A stretch of 64,000 nucleotides of DNA. It comes from a virus. Below the pieces are notes generated by a model that ran no database searches, was not told the origin of the DNA, and worked only from the letters and a program-made list of their open reading frames with translations. The position numbers and the translations under genes were made by a program. Below are positions 1-11,300 of the stretch, piece after piece. The stretch covers positions 7,704 to 71,703 of the IMG/VR virus record IMGVR_UViG_3300027977_000029; one strand, 5' to 3'. The stretch's first letter is position 1. Each line of letters starts with the position of its first letter.

Positions 1-317
1 CTATCCATGACGCCTTCTTTACTAATGCAGCTGATATGCTTCAAGCCAGAACTGCCCTCCGTAAAATCTACGCAAGAGCTCTGAGAGGTGAATCTGTAAA
101 GAAGACCCTGGACGAGATGCGCGCGAGAGGTTTACCTAAAGAAGTCTATGATAAGTTTCTTGAAGAAGCTATTGAAAAGGGCTTGATCCCTGTCGTAGGA
201 AAATCTAGAATAGGTGGTAGGCTAATTGATGAGTCTGATATACTAACTACAGACGACATCTTGCAAGAAGTTCCATCCGATTTCGTAAGTGATTACGGTT
301 GGTATGGTGTAGGCTAG
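1..317 (+). CDS. C-terminal fragment of a probable second single-subunit (T7-type) RNA polymerase, 5' truncated by the window edge; candidate virion RNAP
   Basis: The frame of ORF 36..317 is open from position 3 and reads IHDAFFTNAADMLQARTALRKIY. This aligns with T7 RNAP motif C IHDSFGTIPADAANLFKAVRETM and with the in-window RNAP IHDSYGALLGDVEGLFILVRETF. It ends in SDYGWYGVG versus SDYCFV in the in-window RNAP. Confidence 0.65.
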   Translation, partial: IHDAFFTNAADMLQARTALRKIYARALRGESVKKTLDEMRARGLPKEVYDKFLEEAIEKGLIPVVGKSRIGGRLIDESDILTTDDILQEVPSDFVSDYGWYGVG

Positions 318-320
318 CTG

Positions 321-338
321 ACCCCGTTAATTTAACCC
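321..338 (+). promoter_or_regulatory. Class A motif (AMCCCGTTAWDTTARCCC), putative phage RNAP promoter for the head genes
   Basis: ACCCCGTTAATTTAACCC; one of five intergenic copies in the same orientation. Confidence 0.75.
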
Positions 339-421
339 AGGCGTGAATTTCTTGTTGGATATTCACAACTGCAACAGATAAGAAGCTGTGCTTCAAGTGA
401 GTTGTACTCAAGGATATAGAA

Positions 422-1078
422 ATGGCGGACGAAAATACCGATCCCAATACCACAGCAGACCCGGTTGTTGATACTCCAGCAGCTGATTCCGGTGATCTTG
501 ATAAGAAGATCCAGGAAGCTGTAGATGCCCAACTCGCTTCAATTAAGTCTAAGCTCGATAGTGCTTATGCTCAGCGTGACGAAGCTCTTGTTAAACTTAA
601 GACAAAAGAGCAGGCTGAACATGAAGCTGAACTTAAGAGATTAGAAGACGAAGGAAAGCATAAAGAACGCTTCGAGTTGCTGATGGCCGAAGCTAACGCT
701 GCCAACAAGGCATTGGAAGCTGAAAACCTCAAACTCAAGCGTGATACTCAAGTAACTGCTGCCATGCAGACTGTTTCTTTACGGAACGACGCTGCACAAG
801 AAATGGCGGCTGCTACGATCACTAAGAATCTTGTTCAGGATTCTAATGGCAATTGGGTGTCCAAAGATGGTAAGTCGATCAAAGATTATGTCAAGACATT
901 CTTTGACGATGAGTCTAACGCTTTCTTGTTGAAGCCTAAGGTTTCTAGAGGTTCGGGTACCAGTTCGCTCCAGCCCCAAGTTGATGAGCCGTCCACTAGG
1001 CCGCTCTTTGAGAGATCCCAAGCCGATGTGCTTAAGGATGTCCAAGAGGGTAGGCTTAAAAGGACCAAACCTACCTAG
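422..1078 (+). CDS. Capsid scaffolding protein
   Basis: Acidic N-terminus, long coiled coil, directly upstream of the capsid gene. Confidence 0.75.
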   Translation: MADENTDPNTTADPVVDTPAADSGDLDKKIQEAVDAQLASIKSKLDSAYAQRDEALVKLKTKEQAEHEAELKRLEDEGKHKERFELLMAEANAANKALEAENLKLKRDTQVTAAMQTVSLRNDAAQEMAAATITKNLVQDSNGNWVSKDGKSIKDYVKTFFDDESNAFLLKPKVSRGSGTSSLQPQVDEPSTRPLFERSQADVLKDVQEGRLKRTKPT

Positions 1079-1087
1079 GAAACGTAG

Positions 1088-2269
1088 ATGACTGTTGTCA
1101 CAAATTTGGCGGGTGCTTCAACCGAAGTCCTGCAGGAAACCCTCGGCGTTTATTCCGACGAGGCGTACACCAATGCTCGTAAGCTCTCGGGCACTGGTAT
1201 TGTCGGCTCTAACCCGGACATTGACCGTAATACTGAAACCTTTATTGGTCAAATGCGCTGGCACAAGCCTCTGAACCCCACGATCAACGTGGCTTCGTTG
1301 ACTGACTCGACCAACGGTACCAAGACTTCTTACAGCTCAGACTACCTGAGCTACATTAAGACTGTCCGTACCCACGGTGCCGAGAAGGTCAACATGCAAA
1401 AGGTCGTCACTCAAGTTGACGGCCTCGCGAAGATCGGTAGAGACTTTGGTGAAACTCGCGCCCAAGACGAACATAATGCTATTATGGCCGTCCTCAAGGG
1501 TGTCGCTATCGCTGAAGCTCTGAACGGTGCTGCTACCGGTTCTGGAGCTACAGGTCTGGGTGGTCAAACCTTCGAGAATGACCCGACAGATAAGAAGTTC
1601 GGTTTCTATGTGGACCTCGGTTCAGACGCCGCTGTTGTTGATGCTACGGCGTCAGTTCAGGGCGCTGCTCGTGCTGAAGGCTTCATGGAAGCTATGGGTA
1701 AGGCGTGGAAGGACTATGAGCCTGAGTACGCTTACCTGATCACCTCTCCGGCTGTCATGGCTTCGCTGCGTTCAGCCAATCTGGTTGACCAAGATCGAGT
1801 CACTGATGGTAACGTCAACTTCAACACTATCTTCCAAGGTAAGCTGCGTCTGATCCAGACTCGTGCGGGCCAGTCGATGTCTTCAGCGGAATTGACCAAG
1901 ATCAATACCGGTGCTGGCGTTGATATTGTTGGTACTAAGACTTCCTTCATCGTGCTTCCGGGTGCGATGGCTATGGAAGCCCTGGACGTTCCGGATGATG
2001 TTGAAATCACCCGTGACGGTAACGCTTACAAGGGCGGTGGTACTACTGCTATCTGGTATCGTTGGGGTTATATCCTGCAACCTGCGGGCTATGACTGGAA
2101 CGGTCTCGAAACAGAGTTCCCGTCGGATGCTTCTTACAAGTTCTCCGTTGAATCTGGTACTCCGGCTGCGCTCACTGGTGTCACGACCATTGCTAACGCT
2201 CGTGGTACCTGGGATCGTAAGGCTTCTTCGGCTCTCAGCCTGGGCATCCTCCCGATCTTCCACAGCTAA
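1088..2269 (+). CDS. Major capsid protein
   Basis: 393 aa, strongly biased codons, lies between scaffold and head-tail genes. Confidence 0.8.
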   Translation: MTVVTNLAGASTEVLQETLGVYSDEAYTNARKLSGTGIVGSNPDIDRNTETFIGQMRWHKPLNPTINVASLTDSTNGTKTSYSSDYLSYIKTVRTHGAEKVNMQKVVTQVDGLAKIGRDFGETRAQDEHNAIMAVLKGVAIAEALNGAATGSGATGLGGQTFENDPTDKKFGFYVDLGSDAAVVDATASVQGAARAEGFMEAMGKAWKDYEPEYAYLITSPAVMASLRSANLVDQDRVTDGNVNFNTIFQGKLRLIQTRAGQSMSSAELTKINTGAGVDIVGTKTSFIVLPGAMAMEALDVPDDVEITRDGNAYKGGGTTAIWYRWGYILQPAGYDWNGLETEFPSDASYKFSVESGTPAALTGVTTIANARGTWDRKASSALSLGILPIFHS

Positions 2270-2282
2270 TTGAGACAAGCTT

Positions 2283-2762
2283 ATGGCACTTGTTAAGGGT
2301 ACTAATTCATATCGGACCGTTGACGATGCCAACGAAACTTTCAGTCAAAGGTTAGATGCTGCAGCTTGGACACAAGACGCAACAGCTGACCAAAAAGCAG
2401 CTGCACTTATTACAAGTACAATGCTTATTGATCTTGAAGAGTACATTGGTTATGCCGTAAGCGAGTCCCAAGATCTAGCTTTCCCCAGAGTTGGCGCGTA
2501 TTATGAACCTAAGCTTGGTACAACAGTCACCTTGACTGAAACTACGCCGTGGAGAATTGAGCGCGCTTGCGATGAACTAGCCTATCACCTGTTGAATAAC
2601 GATGGACTTCTAGATGATGTTGGTGGTGTTAAGAGTATCTCACTAGCGCAAATTGACTTGCAAGGAATCAGAAATCCAAGTAAGTTTCCTTCGATAGTGA
2701 AAAGTCTCTTAAAGCCATTACTTGTCAGAGGAGGGTCTACAGCTTGGTGGAGATCTAACTGA
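2283..2762 (+). CDS. Head-tail adaptor (DnaT-like connector family)
   Basis: NSY.TV..A...F, AL.......ID and Q.LAFPR motifs; follows the capsid gene. Confidence 0.7.
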   Translation: MALVKGTNSYRTVDDANETFSQRLDAAAWTQDATADQKAAALITSTMLIDLEEYIGYAVSESQDLAFPRVGAYYEPKLGTTVTLTETTPWRIERACDELAYHLLNNDGLLDDVGGVKSISLAQIDLQGIRNPSKFPSIVKSLLKPLLVRGGSTAWWRSN

Positions 2763-3130
2763 TGGCTTATCAATCATTGATAAGAAACGGTCTCAATCTA
2801 GCCTTTAAGCAAGCTAAAGATCTTGCTGTCACTGCCACAATCGCGAGAAAAGCAAGTCCTGCCTTTGATTTCGGTGCGGAAGCGACAACAATAGCCGATG
2901 CTGAAGTAGTCACTGCAAAGCTCATTGAGCTTGAAGTTTCTAAACCCTCTAAAGACACTAACCTTGTAAAGAAGACTGTTCTATTTAAAACAAGTGATGT
3001 CATAGACATGTCTCGGTACGACACAATTGTGTATTCCGGGACTTCCTGGCTGTTAGATGAAGTAGTGTACGCTAACAAGTACCTCTTTGTCGTAACTCTA
3101 ACCAGGGAGGCACCACATGGGGAAATATAG
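2762..3130 (+). CDS. Head closure/stopper protein
   Basis: Size, beta-rich sequence and synteny. Confidence 0.55.
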   Translation: MAYQSLIRNGLNLAFKQAKDLAVTATIARKASPAFDFGAEATTIADAEVVTAKLIELEVSKPSKDTNLVKKTVLFKTSDVIDMSRYDTIVYSGTSWLLDEVVYANKYLFVVTLTREAPHGEI

Positions 3131-3521
3131 TCAAATAGAGACTGATATCTTCTCTATATTTGATAGCGTGGAATGGAAGGCACTAAGTCTAAATACGTAC
3201 CCTTCTAACTTCATAGCCGCTAACACGACTAGGGAGTTTATTAGAGTATCTATTATACCTAGTGGCTCGGGTATCAATTTGAAATCTAGTTCTGGAGTTC
3301 TCCAGGCAGAGATATTCATAGCATCTGGTGCTGGTCCAAAAAGAGTATCTGTACTTGCAGATCATTTGGACGAATTCTTAGCGGGTAAGAGTAAACTAGT
3401 TGCGGGTAGAACTACCCAATTCTTAGGGAGCTCTTTGTCGCTAATTGGTACAGATCCAAAGAATTCAGCTTTGTATAAAGCCCTCTACACCATACCATTC
3501 AACCACTTTGGAAGTATGTGA
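3117..3521 (+). CDS. Tail terminator/completion protein
   Basis: Size, position before the tail tube gene, C-terminal YTIPF strand. Confidence 0.6.
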   Translation: MGKYSQIETDIFSIFDSVEWKALSLNTYPSNFIAANTTREFIRVSIIPSGSGINLKSSSGVLQAEIFIASGAGPKRVSVLADHLDEFLAGKSKLVAGRTTQFLGSSLSLIGTDPKNSALYKALYTIPFNHFGSM

Positions 3522-4102
3522 TGACTCACATTTCGTCTATCTCGGCCGGTATCTTCTCGGACCTGTCGATCCACGTTCCGTCCACTCAGTTGACAACCAC
3601 TGACTGGGACGGTCTTGATGAAACTGAACTGAAGGCTCTGTTTGCCACCGAAGTTGCCTACAACGGTACTGCGGCGGCTGCCAAGTTTGTTCGTGTTGAA
3701 AACGTTCGGGAGTTCCCTTCGATGGGTACGCCTCCGAACATTGTTAACGTTCCTGTCTATGGTTCGGCGACCTCACAACAAATCCAAGGGCAATCAGATG
3801 CACCCACCCTGGAACTCACCCTCAACTATATCCCGCTGCACTGGGCCGAAGGCACGCTGCTTGGAAACATGGTTGGCGACGGTATCCAACGGGTTTATCG
3901 ATTTGCCCTGCTGGGGTCTGATCCGACGAGCTTTGCGTCCGCCACCGGTGGACTTGGCACGGTTCAGAATAGCCAGTTCTTCTGGTTTGGTAAAATGGAA
4001 GCTCTGCAGTTCTCGCCGCAGCTTACTGATGCCAACACGGCCACACTGACTCTGTCGATCCAGTCAGAGTTCAAGGGTGCTTACACGAGCGCCCCCGCCT
4101 AA
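3521..4102 (+). CDS. Major tail tube protein
   Basis: VREFPSMGTPPNIVNVPVYG...GQSDAPTLELTLNY siphovirus tube pattern; high-expression codons. Confidence 0.8.
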   Translation: MTHISSISAGIFSDLSIHVPSTQLTTTDWDGLDETELKALFATEVAYNGTAAAAKFVRVENVREFPSMGTPPNIVNVPVYGSATSQQIQGQSDAPTLELTLNYIPLHWAEGTLLGNMVGDGIQRVYRFALLGSDPTSFASATGGLGTVQNSQFFWFGKMEALQFSPQLTDANTATLTLSIQSEFKGAYTSAPA

Positions 4103-4108
4103 TGATTT

Positions 4109-4145
4109 GGAGGGGTTTGACCCAGGTTGAGCCCCTCCATTTCTA
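4109..4145 (+). terminator. Intrinsic terminator-like hairpin after the tail tube gene
   Basis: GGAGGGGTTTGACC/GGTTGAGCCCCTCC stem followed by ATTTCT. Confidence 0.6.
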
Positions 4146-4158
4146 TCAAGAGAGCAAA

Positions 4159-4386
4159 ATGTCACTCGCTCCATTTAGCACTGGATACGTTTTACGTATT
4201 ACAGTAAAGCATCTACGAAAATACATCGATCTTAGTATCCATAAGACGTTCACGCGTATTTCGGATTTCGAAGGTGATGGTGAAAAGTCGAAGGAAGTAT
4301 TAGACACCCTAATGCTGCTTCACAAAATGAGGAAGCTAATTGATGACTTCCAGTCCGAAAATTCCAAGCATTTCAAAGGAGCCTAA
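4159..4386 (+). CDS. Hypothetical protein in the tail module
   Basis: ATG at 4159 after the hairpin, in frame with ORF 4102..4386. Confidence 0.55.
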   Translation: MSLAPFSTGYVLRITVKHLRKYIDLSIHKTFTRISDFEGDGEKSKEVLDTLMLLHKMRKLIDDFQSENSKHFKGA

Positions 4387-4387
4387 A

Positions 4388-4726
4388 GTGGCTACTGGTA
4401 TTAAGTCGCTCATTGGTCAACAAGTGACTAAAGAGATTCCATTTATGGGCGCTAAGATCGCCATTAAGAAGCTCTCTGTTGATGAGGTCATGGAAATCCA
4501 GAACCTTGTTAGAGGTCTTCAAAAGACCGCTGAAGCTGCCGAGGGTTCTGAATCTGACGGCGACGACGGCAACCTTGAAATGCTCCACACGATTGTAACC
4601 AAGGGTGTGGTTGAGGCTGATGATCTCACTATTGAGCAACTTAGGACCTTCCCGATGGAAGAGCTTAACAAGCTTACAGAGGAGGTCATGAAGTACTCAG
4701 GCTATGGTAAAGACCAGGGAAAGTAA
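4388..4726 (+). CDS. Tail assembly chaperone (G-like)
   Basis: GTG start after an AAAGGA RBS; ends with G GGA AAG TAA slippery site. Confidence 0.8.
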   Translation: MATGIKSLIGQQVTKEIPFMGAKIAIKKLSVDEVMEIQNLVRGLQKTAEAAEGSESDGDDGNLEMLHTIVTKGVVEADDLTIEQLRTFPMEELNKLTEEVMKYSGYGKDQGK

Positions 4727-5055
4727 CCCTAACCGAGCAAGAGTTTCAACTCTATGAGTTGGCGTATCTTTTGAAGATGCCTGTAGGTCGGATGATGTCA
4801 GAAATGACATACGAAGAATACTTAGGCTGGTATGCGTACTTTGAACAAAGACCTCCGGGTTGGCGTGAAGATGACCGTACTCACAAGCTCATGCAGGTCC
4901 AGGGTTTGAAAGAACCAGGCTATAAGGTATTTCCAAGTCTTGTTCCTATTCAAAGGCCCGAAAAGCCTGAAGGCTCATTCGATGTGGCTGGGTTTAAGGG
5001 CTCCAGCTTGTTCCAAAAGATGCAAAGAGCAAAAGGTGGCGAAAAGGTCTTTTAG
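4717..5055 (+). CDS. Tail assembly chaperone frameshift extension (GT-like)
   Basis: The -1 frame is open from GGGAAAG (4717-4723) into ORF 4759..5055. Confidence 0.8.
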   Translation, partial: GKVTLTEQEFQLYELAYLLKMPVGRMMSEMTYEEYLGWYAYFEQRPPGWREDDRTHKLMQVQGLKEPGYKVFPSLVPIQRPEKPEGSFDVAGFKGSSLFQKMQRAKGGEKVF

Positions 5056-5348
5056 TGGCAGTAATAATTAAAGGTAATCTTGGAGCGGAATTTGCTTCAG
5101 CTAAACGCAAGGCTCTCCATGCTAAATTGGATAACCTTGTTCGAGACTTAGCAGCTAATACTCCGATCGACACTGGTGAGGCCAGTGAAGGTTGGAGACG
5201 AGAAGGGGATACTATAGTTAACGATGTAGAACACATCGCTCAACTTAACCAAGGCTCCTCAACTCAAGCTCCTGAGTTCTTCATAGAGAAAACGTTGTTG
5301 TCACATCCGGGTGTATTCCCTAGTGGAACAATTGTTCGGTTCAAATAA
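5055..5348 (+). CDS. HK97 gp10-like neck/tail completion protein
   Basis: TPIDTG.A..GW motif and QAP..F. Confidence 0.7.
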   Translation: MAVIIKGNLGAEFASAKRKALHAKLDNLVRDLAANTPIDTGEASEGWRREGDTIVNDVEHIAQLNQGSSTQAPEFFIEKTLLSHPGVFPSGTIVRFK

Positions 5349-5351
5349 TCG

Positions 5352-5383
5352 AAACCCGCTAGTTTAACCGCTAGCGGGTTTTA
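5352..5383 (+). terminator. Hairpin upstream of the tape measure gene overlapping a degenerate class A motif
   Basis: AAACCCGCTAG/CTAGCGGGTTT 11-bp inverted repeat; 5353-5370 reads AACCCGCTAGTTTAACCG. Confidence 0.55.
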
Positions 5384-5398
5384 AATGCAGAGGTTGTA

Positions 5399-8300
5399 AT
5401 GACTGGCGTAATTATTGACGTCAAGACCAAAGCAGACTCTGCCAATGCTGAGCTTAACAGACTTAATCTGAACTTGATGAATATCGTCAAGTCTGGAAAT
5501 TTGTCTAATAAAGCTCTAGGGCAGATCTCTGCCGCTAGGTTCAAGGGAGTCACAAGTGAGACTCAAGCTGCTACCAAAGCTGTTAAGGCGTTTGGTACAG
5601 AAAGTAGAAACAGTGTAAACAGCGCGAACTCTAGTGCTGCTACACTGGCCAGGACGATGAATTCCGTAAAGGCGGCTGCTGCTGGCGCTGTAGTTGCTTT
5701 TGCTGCCTTTAAAAGCACTCAGGGTTTACTAGCTGCCAGTGATGGATTGACTAATATCCAAAACAGATTAAAGCTTGTAAGCGGCTCAATGGATGACTTA
5801 GCAAGACGTCAGAAAGTTTTATTTAAAGTAGCCCAGTCTACTCAAGCTTCTTACGCAGCAACAGCTAATACTTTTGTAGATTTCTCTAAATCTTTGTCAC
5901 GGCTAGGTGCAAGTGAAGCCGATGTTATTAAAGTCGTTAAAACTATCAATCAGGCAGGCGCTCTGTCAGGCAGCTCAATAGAGTCACTTAACGCAGCGAT
6001 GATACAGCTTCAACAAGGTATTTCTGCTGGTGCGCTTCGTGGTGAAGAATTTAACTCGGTTGCTGAACAAAATAAATACCTTATGCTGGAGTTAGCCAAA
6101 GCGACTGGTAAAACAGTTGGTGAATTACGACAGCTTGCCTTTCAAGGACAGTTGACTAGTGATGTTTTGTTTAAAACTATTTTGAAAATCTCTGGGTCTA
6201 CGGATAAGGCTTTTAACTCAACTGTAATAACTTTTTCAAAAGGTACATTTATCTTAAAGCAAAGTATCTCTTATCTGGTTGGTGAGCTTGCCCAATTCAC
6301 TAAGATATCTGAAATTGCAGGCAACTCCGTAGTCAAGATGTCTGCCAGGCTAGATAATTTTTCTCAAAATGTTATTGGCAATTTACGAACTGCTGTAGAG
6401 TACGCTAGCACTTACCTTAGTAAGCTTGCTACAGCAGAGCCGATTAGTCTTAAAACAAAGTTAAGGGTATTCTTCGATAGCAAGGATATTAAAAATAGAT
6501 ACCAGAATGAGATAAAAGAAATACTATTTGCATACTCAGAATTGTTTGGAATTGAAACTAAAATAAAAGCTTCAGGATTAGGTACTTGGGCTCAAAGCTT
6601 CGTCAGCCTTTATGACAACTTTATAGGTAAAACTAAAGATACCCAAAACGCAATCTCAGGATTTCTTCAAGAAATCTTCAGCAGCTCTACAGACGGGGTG
6701 TCTTCAGTTAAGATTACTGTGGAAAAGATACTTAACACAGTAATTGGTATAGTTGGTATCTTTGAGGCTGCGGTTCGACGTGTCTCGTCTTTCTTACCTA
6801 AAATCGTTGCACCGGCTGAAATCTTCCTAGTTAATGTTGCAACATCGATCTACACGATCGTTACTGGGATACGAACAGTTTTGAGAGATGCCTTAAGACC
6901 TACTGTCAGAGATATTCAAGGTATTTTTGAAGGTCTCACTATGTACCTTGTAAGTGACACTAGGATCGAGCGAGCTTTTGTTAAATTGTTTCAGACAGAG
7001 TCGCTAGAGACTTTCACATCACAGTTATTTAAAGTTCGTCAAGCGATTGACTCTGTACGCCTAGGCAGTTTAGAGACTTTATTGTTTAAAGTGGGTTACA
7101 CATTTAGGCGGGCCACTGTTCCTATAGAGTCCTTCTTAATTTCTATCAATTTACTTGACAACAGCATTCTTAGGTTAAATGCGGGCGCAATACAGCGTAT
7201 TGGGATGAGTGTTGACACAATCGTTAGCACAATTAAAATGCTGTACACCGACGTTATCTGGATTGGACTTAAACCTATTTTGGCAAACATAGCTGTCTCT
7301 ATTGTAAACTTTATGGCTGTTGTTACTGATATTATCAACGATACTTTTGACTATAACACTGGTAAATGGATCGGTTCACAGCTAGCAAAAGGTTTTAAAG
7401 CTAGCGCAATGTTATTGAAGAACATCCTTATTGGGATATTTAAACCTGACGATATTATGGGTAAATCAGTCTTTGATCGATTTGTAGACCTAGTCGCTAA
7501 GACCTTGATAGGAGCTTTTAAGAATGTGATTAATTTTACCAGAGGTCTTGTTGCTGGATTCTTTTCGGAAATGAATTTTTCAGTAGACTTGTTTAAGTTC
7601 TTGAACCCCACTGCTTCAGCTTCTGCAGGTTTTAAGAAGCTGGTAGATAACATTTTAGGAGATATCACAGGGCGTCTAGCAACAATCTCAAAGAAACTGT
7701 CAGGTATTTTTGATTTCTCGAAAATTTTAGCGCCTCTAGTGTTCCTTAAAGATTTGTTTTCCACGATATTTAAGTATATCTCAGAGAGTATTGATAAAGT
7801 GTTTGCGGAGCTTTGGGCGAGAGCTAGTACATTTTCATTAAAGTATACCTTCAGTTTAAACACCACACTCTTAGAAGACGGCATTATGATTGCTATTAGG
7901 CTGTTTGAGTCTATCTATTATTTTGCTCGTAACTCAATCAAGAAGACAGAGAAGCTTGTCGAATCCTTTACAAATAACGTAAAAGACATGTTCTTCGATG
8001 TGTACGACAAAGTGGTAGGGCACTCTTACTGGCCGGATATGATTTCCGGAATTAATATGCACACTCGTAGGCTTAATACGAGTGAGGGAATTGTTAAAAG
8101 ATTTATTGAAAAGTTGAAGAGTGCTTTTAAAGAGCTTGGAGAACTGGCTGGTCCAGTTTTCGATAATTTTGGTAGCAGCTTCGGTAACTTAAAACTTGCT
8201 ATTGGTTCTATAGACTATGGTCAAGTTTTGGTGAACTTGCGTGACAGAATTGCGGGCGCACTTGTTGCAGGCTTGCTTATCGGTTTTGGAGGAATGAGAG

Positions 8301-11300
8301 GTAAGCTTTTAGGTTTTGGTTATCTTTTCTCATTCATTACCGACGGTGTTGATAAGGCAATTCTCTCTACACTGCCTACTGTGTCCAAAGTGTTAGGTCA
8401 AATTTCCGCTGATTTCACTAAGTACTTTGTAGATAGCTTTGCTAGAGTTGTGGATGCAGTAATTGTTGTAATTCCTAAGACCTTAGATGCTCTAATTGAA
8501 GGGATCTTTGGGAAGGTTACTCTATTCTTTGCGCATCTTAACCCAATTCTTAGTAGTAAGTTGCTAGCGACTGTAACAGTCATTGGTCTGGCCTTAGCCA
8601 GCATGAGTCGAAATTGGCCTGATACCATCTCTAGCATGATCTTTGGAGAAAAGAACGCTAGAGGTAAAGTAGTCAAAGAAGGTGTCCTTGGGATATTCAA
8701 GGGGTTTACTCCTGCTCCTGGCGAAGGTCTTCTTACTAAACTCTTTGGTGATCGAAAAGAAGCTGCTGCGTTAGGTGTGTTGTTTGCTTCCACTATGGCT
8801 CTAGAAAGTGTTTCAGTATTTGAAGCATTATTTACTGCAGCGCCACTTATGCTGTACGCCCTGCTAGGTCCTGATGCTGGTGCCAGACTCTTGAAAGACG
8901 TTGTGACTAAGTATTTGCCTGCTTTTGCTGGCCAAATGACTTTAGTCATCGCAGGCTTGATGGAAACGGTTGGTTTCACTAGCGGCGCTCAATTCTTAAA
9001 AGGTCTAGTGTCGGGTACTGGTAAAGGTGGCGGAACTATCCGAAAGCTTATTGAAAGCTCTTTTTCAGGATTTAGTGGCTCAAATGTAGTCTCTGGCATC
9101 ACTGCTTACTTTAGTGCTTTGAATACAGGCCTATCCAACTTTAGAAAGAACTCTAAAAACTATGCCTCCGGTGCAATGAGTCTCAGTGAAGCTATTAGAG
9201 ACGCTTCTAAGTCAGACTTTGCAGCAAACCTAGCGAGAAACGCAGCAAGTGCTTATCAAGGCAATGCTGCAGCTATGGCTAAGCCTTTGATGGATCTCAG
9301 ACTAAATTTTAAGAAGATGGGTAATGCAATAGCTATCGATTTTAAGAAGGCTTTAAGTTCGATAAAGACTGCAAAGCTTGGAAGTTCCACGTTCGGCAGT
9401 GTGTTTTCTGAAACGCTCGTTAATGCCCGTGAGTTTTCAAAGCACATGTCTGAGCTATTTTTGAGAGGTGGTATTATTGAAGCTGCTAAAGGTGCGGCTG
9501 AGAAGATTGCTTTCTGGTTCACATCTAGCTTCACTAAGATTTTAGAAGTGGCCGGCCCTTTCATAACCAAGTTTAAATGGCTGATCGCTGGTATTGCAGC
9601 AGCTCTGGTAGCGGCTATAGCATTGATGCCAAAAGATGCATTTGCTGCATCTCTTACAGATCCTGTGGCAGGTGCTGGTGAGGGATTTGCTAAGGCGGCT
9701 CTAGGGATTACTGCCTTTGCTGCAGCTTTGCTCGCTGTAGACCGAGTGATGAAGGGTCTTAACCTCTTCAAGACTCTTAAGGCTAAGGCCACCCAAGAAA
9801 ACTTAGAGACACTCGCGAAACCATTCTTAGACCAACTGGAGACTGCTTCCGCTGCCAGGCTGAAAGACTTTAACTCAAAAGTTAAAGGCCGCGGTAGTGC
9901 TGGTGCTAGAGCTACATTTGAGGCGCTAGAGTCTTCCGCTAGACAAGCTGCCTATCAAGCTGAAATTCAAAGATTAGCTGCAGCGGGTCTCGGTAAAGAG
10001 GGTACTACAAAGGCTAGTCTAAAAGGTATTGCTGCTGAATTTGAAAAGATCGGGGCTAGCATTACGAAGTCTGTGAAAGGTACAGTCTTTAGTAATGTTT
10101 GGTGGTCTACAGTCGGCTCCAGACTTTCAGGCTTGTTTGATAATATCAGTCTTAAGATGAATGGCAAACAAGGGGCTGGTAAGGTTGCAGCTTCTACCGG
10201 GATAGGTGCCTTCTTTGGTGAATTGCTCGGCTCAATGGTTGGTGGAAAACTCTTTAAAGGCTTGTTTAAGAAAGCTCCGACAGGTGCTGCTTCTGGACTG
10301 GCGGGTAAGGCTACTCGGTGGTCACCTGCGATGTCTAAGTATCTGGTGGACGGTCCTTCAAAGGCTGGTGCTAAACTTTTTACAAATCTGAATGGACCTT
10401 TGGTTAAGCTTGCCGCAAAAGGTGGTAGAGTCGGTCTTGTTGTTGGAGGTCTCGCTGCAGGTCTTGCGACACTTGGTGGAGTCTTCACGCTACTTGCGGG
10501 TAAGGGCGAAACTTTTAAAGAGAAGCTTGGTCAGATTTTTGATACTATTAAAGGCTACTTAGGGCTTGCACCTACTAGTCAAGGCGGTCGGGAGGCTGCT
10601 CTTGAGAAGCTGTTAGCCCCTGGGAGATCAAATACTCAAGCTTATAGCTTCGATAGTACTCTTGAGTCCATGAACCTTAAAGATCTTTCAGCTTACGCTA
10701 TGGAAGATCTTACAAGTCTTGCTCAGACCTATTCAGACATTAACAGACAGGCCTTAAAGGAGAGAACGCTCAATGGTCAAATTTCAGGCGAGACTAGCAA
10801 GCAACTAGACATGGCTGCTAAGGCTTTCAATGACGCTGCCATACGTAATGGTGCTAAAGCCTCAGGTGGCATAGGAACCAACAACTATCAAGACTACCTA
10901 AACTCCCAACTTGATCCTTTAATGACTACGTTTAGTTTTATTTCTCAGAGTCTTGAGAGTATGGACAAGTTAAACCTTATTAAATTTGTTCAAGGTATTT
11001 TTGAAAAGAAGACCAAAGAACTCACTGGTGCTGCGGTTGCACTTGCAGGCGGTGTGGTAGTAGGGATAAAAAGCACTATTAAAGATGTAGTCTCTAAGTT
11101 TAAAGAGGGTCTTACAAAAGTTAGCGATGCTGCTAAAAGAGGTTTTATTCTTGCTGGCTTGCGAGCTGGGCCCACAAATTTAGATAAAGGTGTGAGTAGT
11201 AAAGTAAGCAGCCTTATAAAAGAGTTTGGCAAAGATTCTACACTCAAGCTTGATGAAGCTACTCAAAAAGACCTTACTTCAAAGAAACAAGATTATGAGA

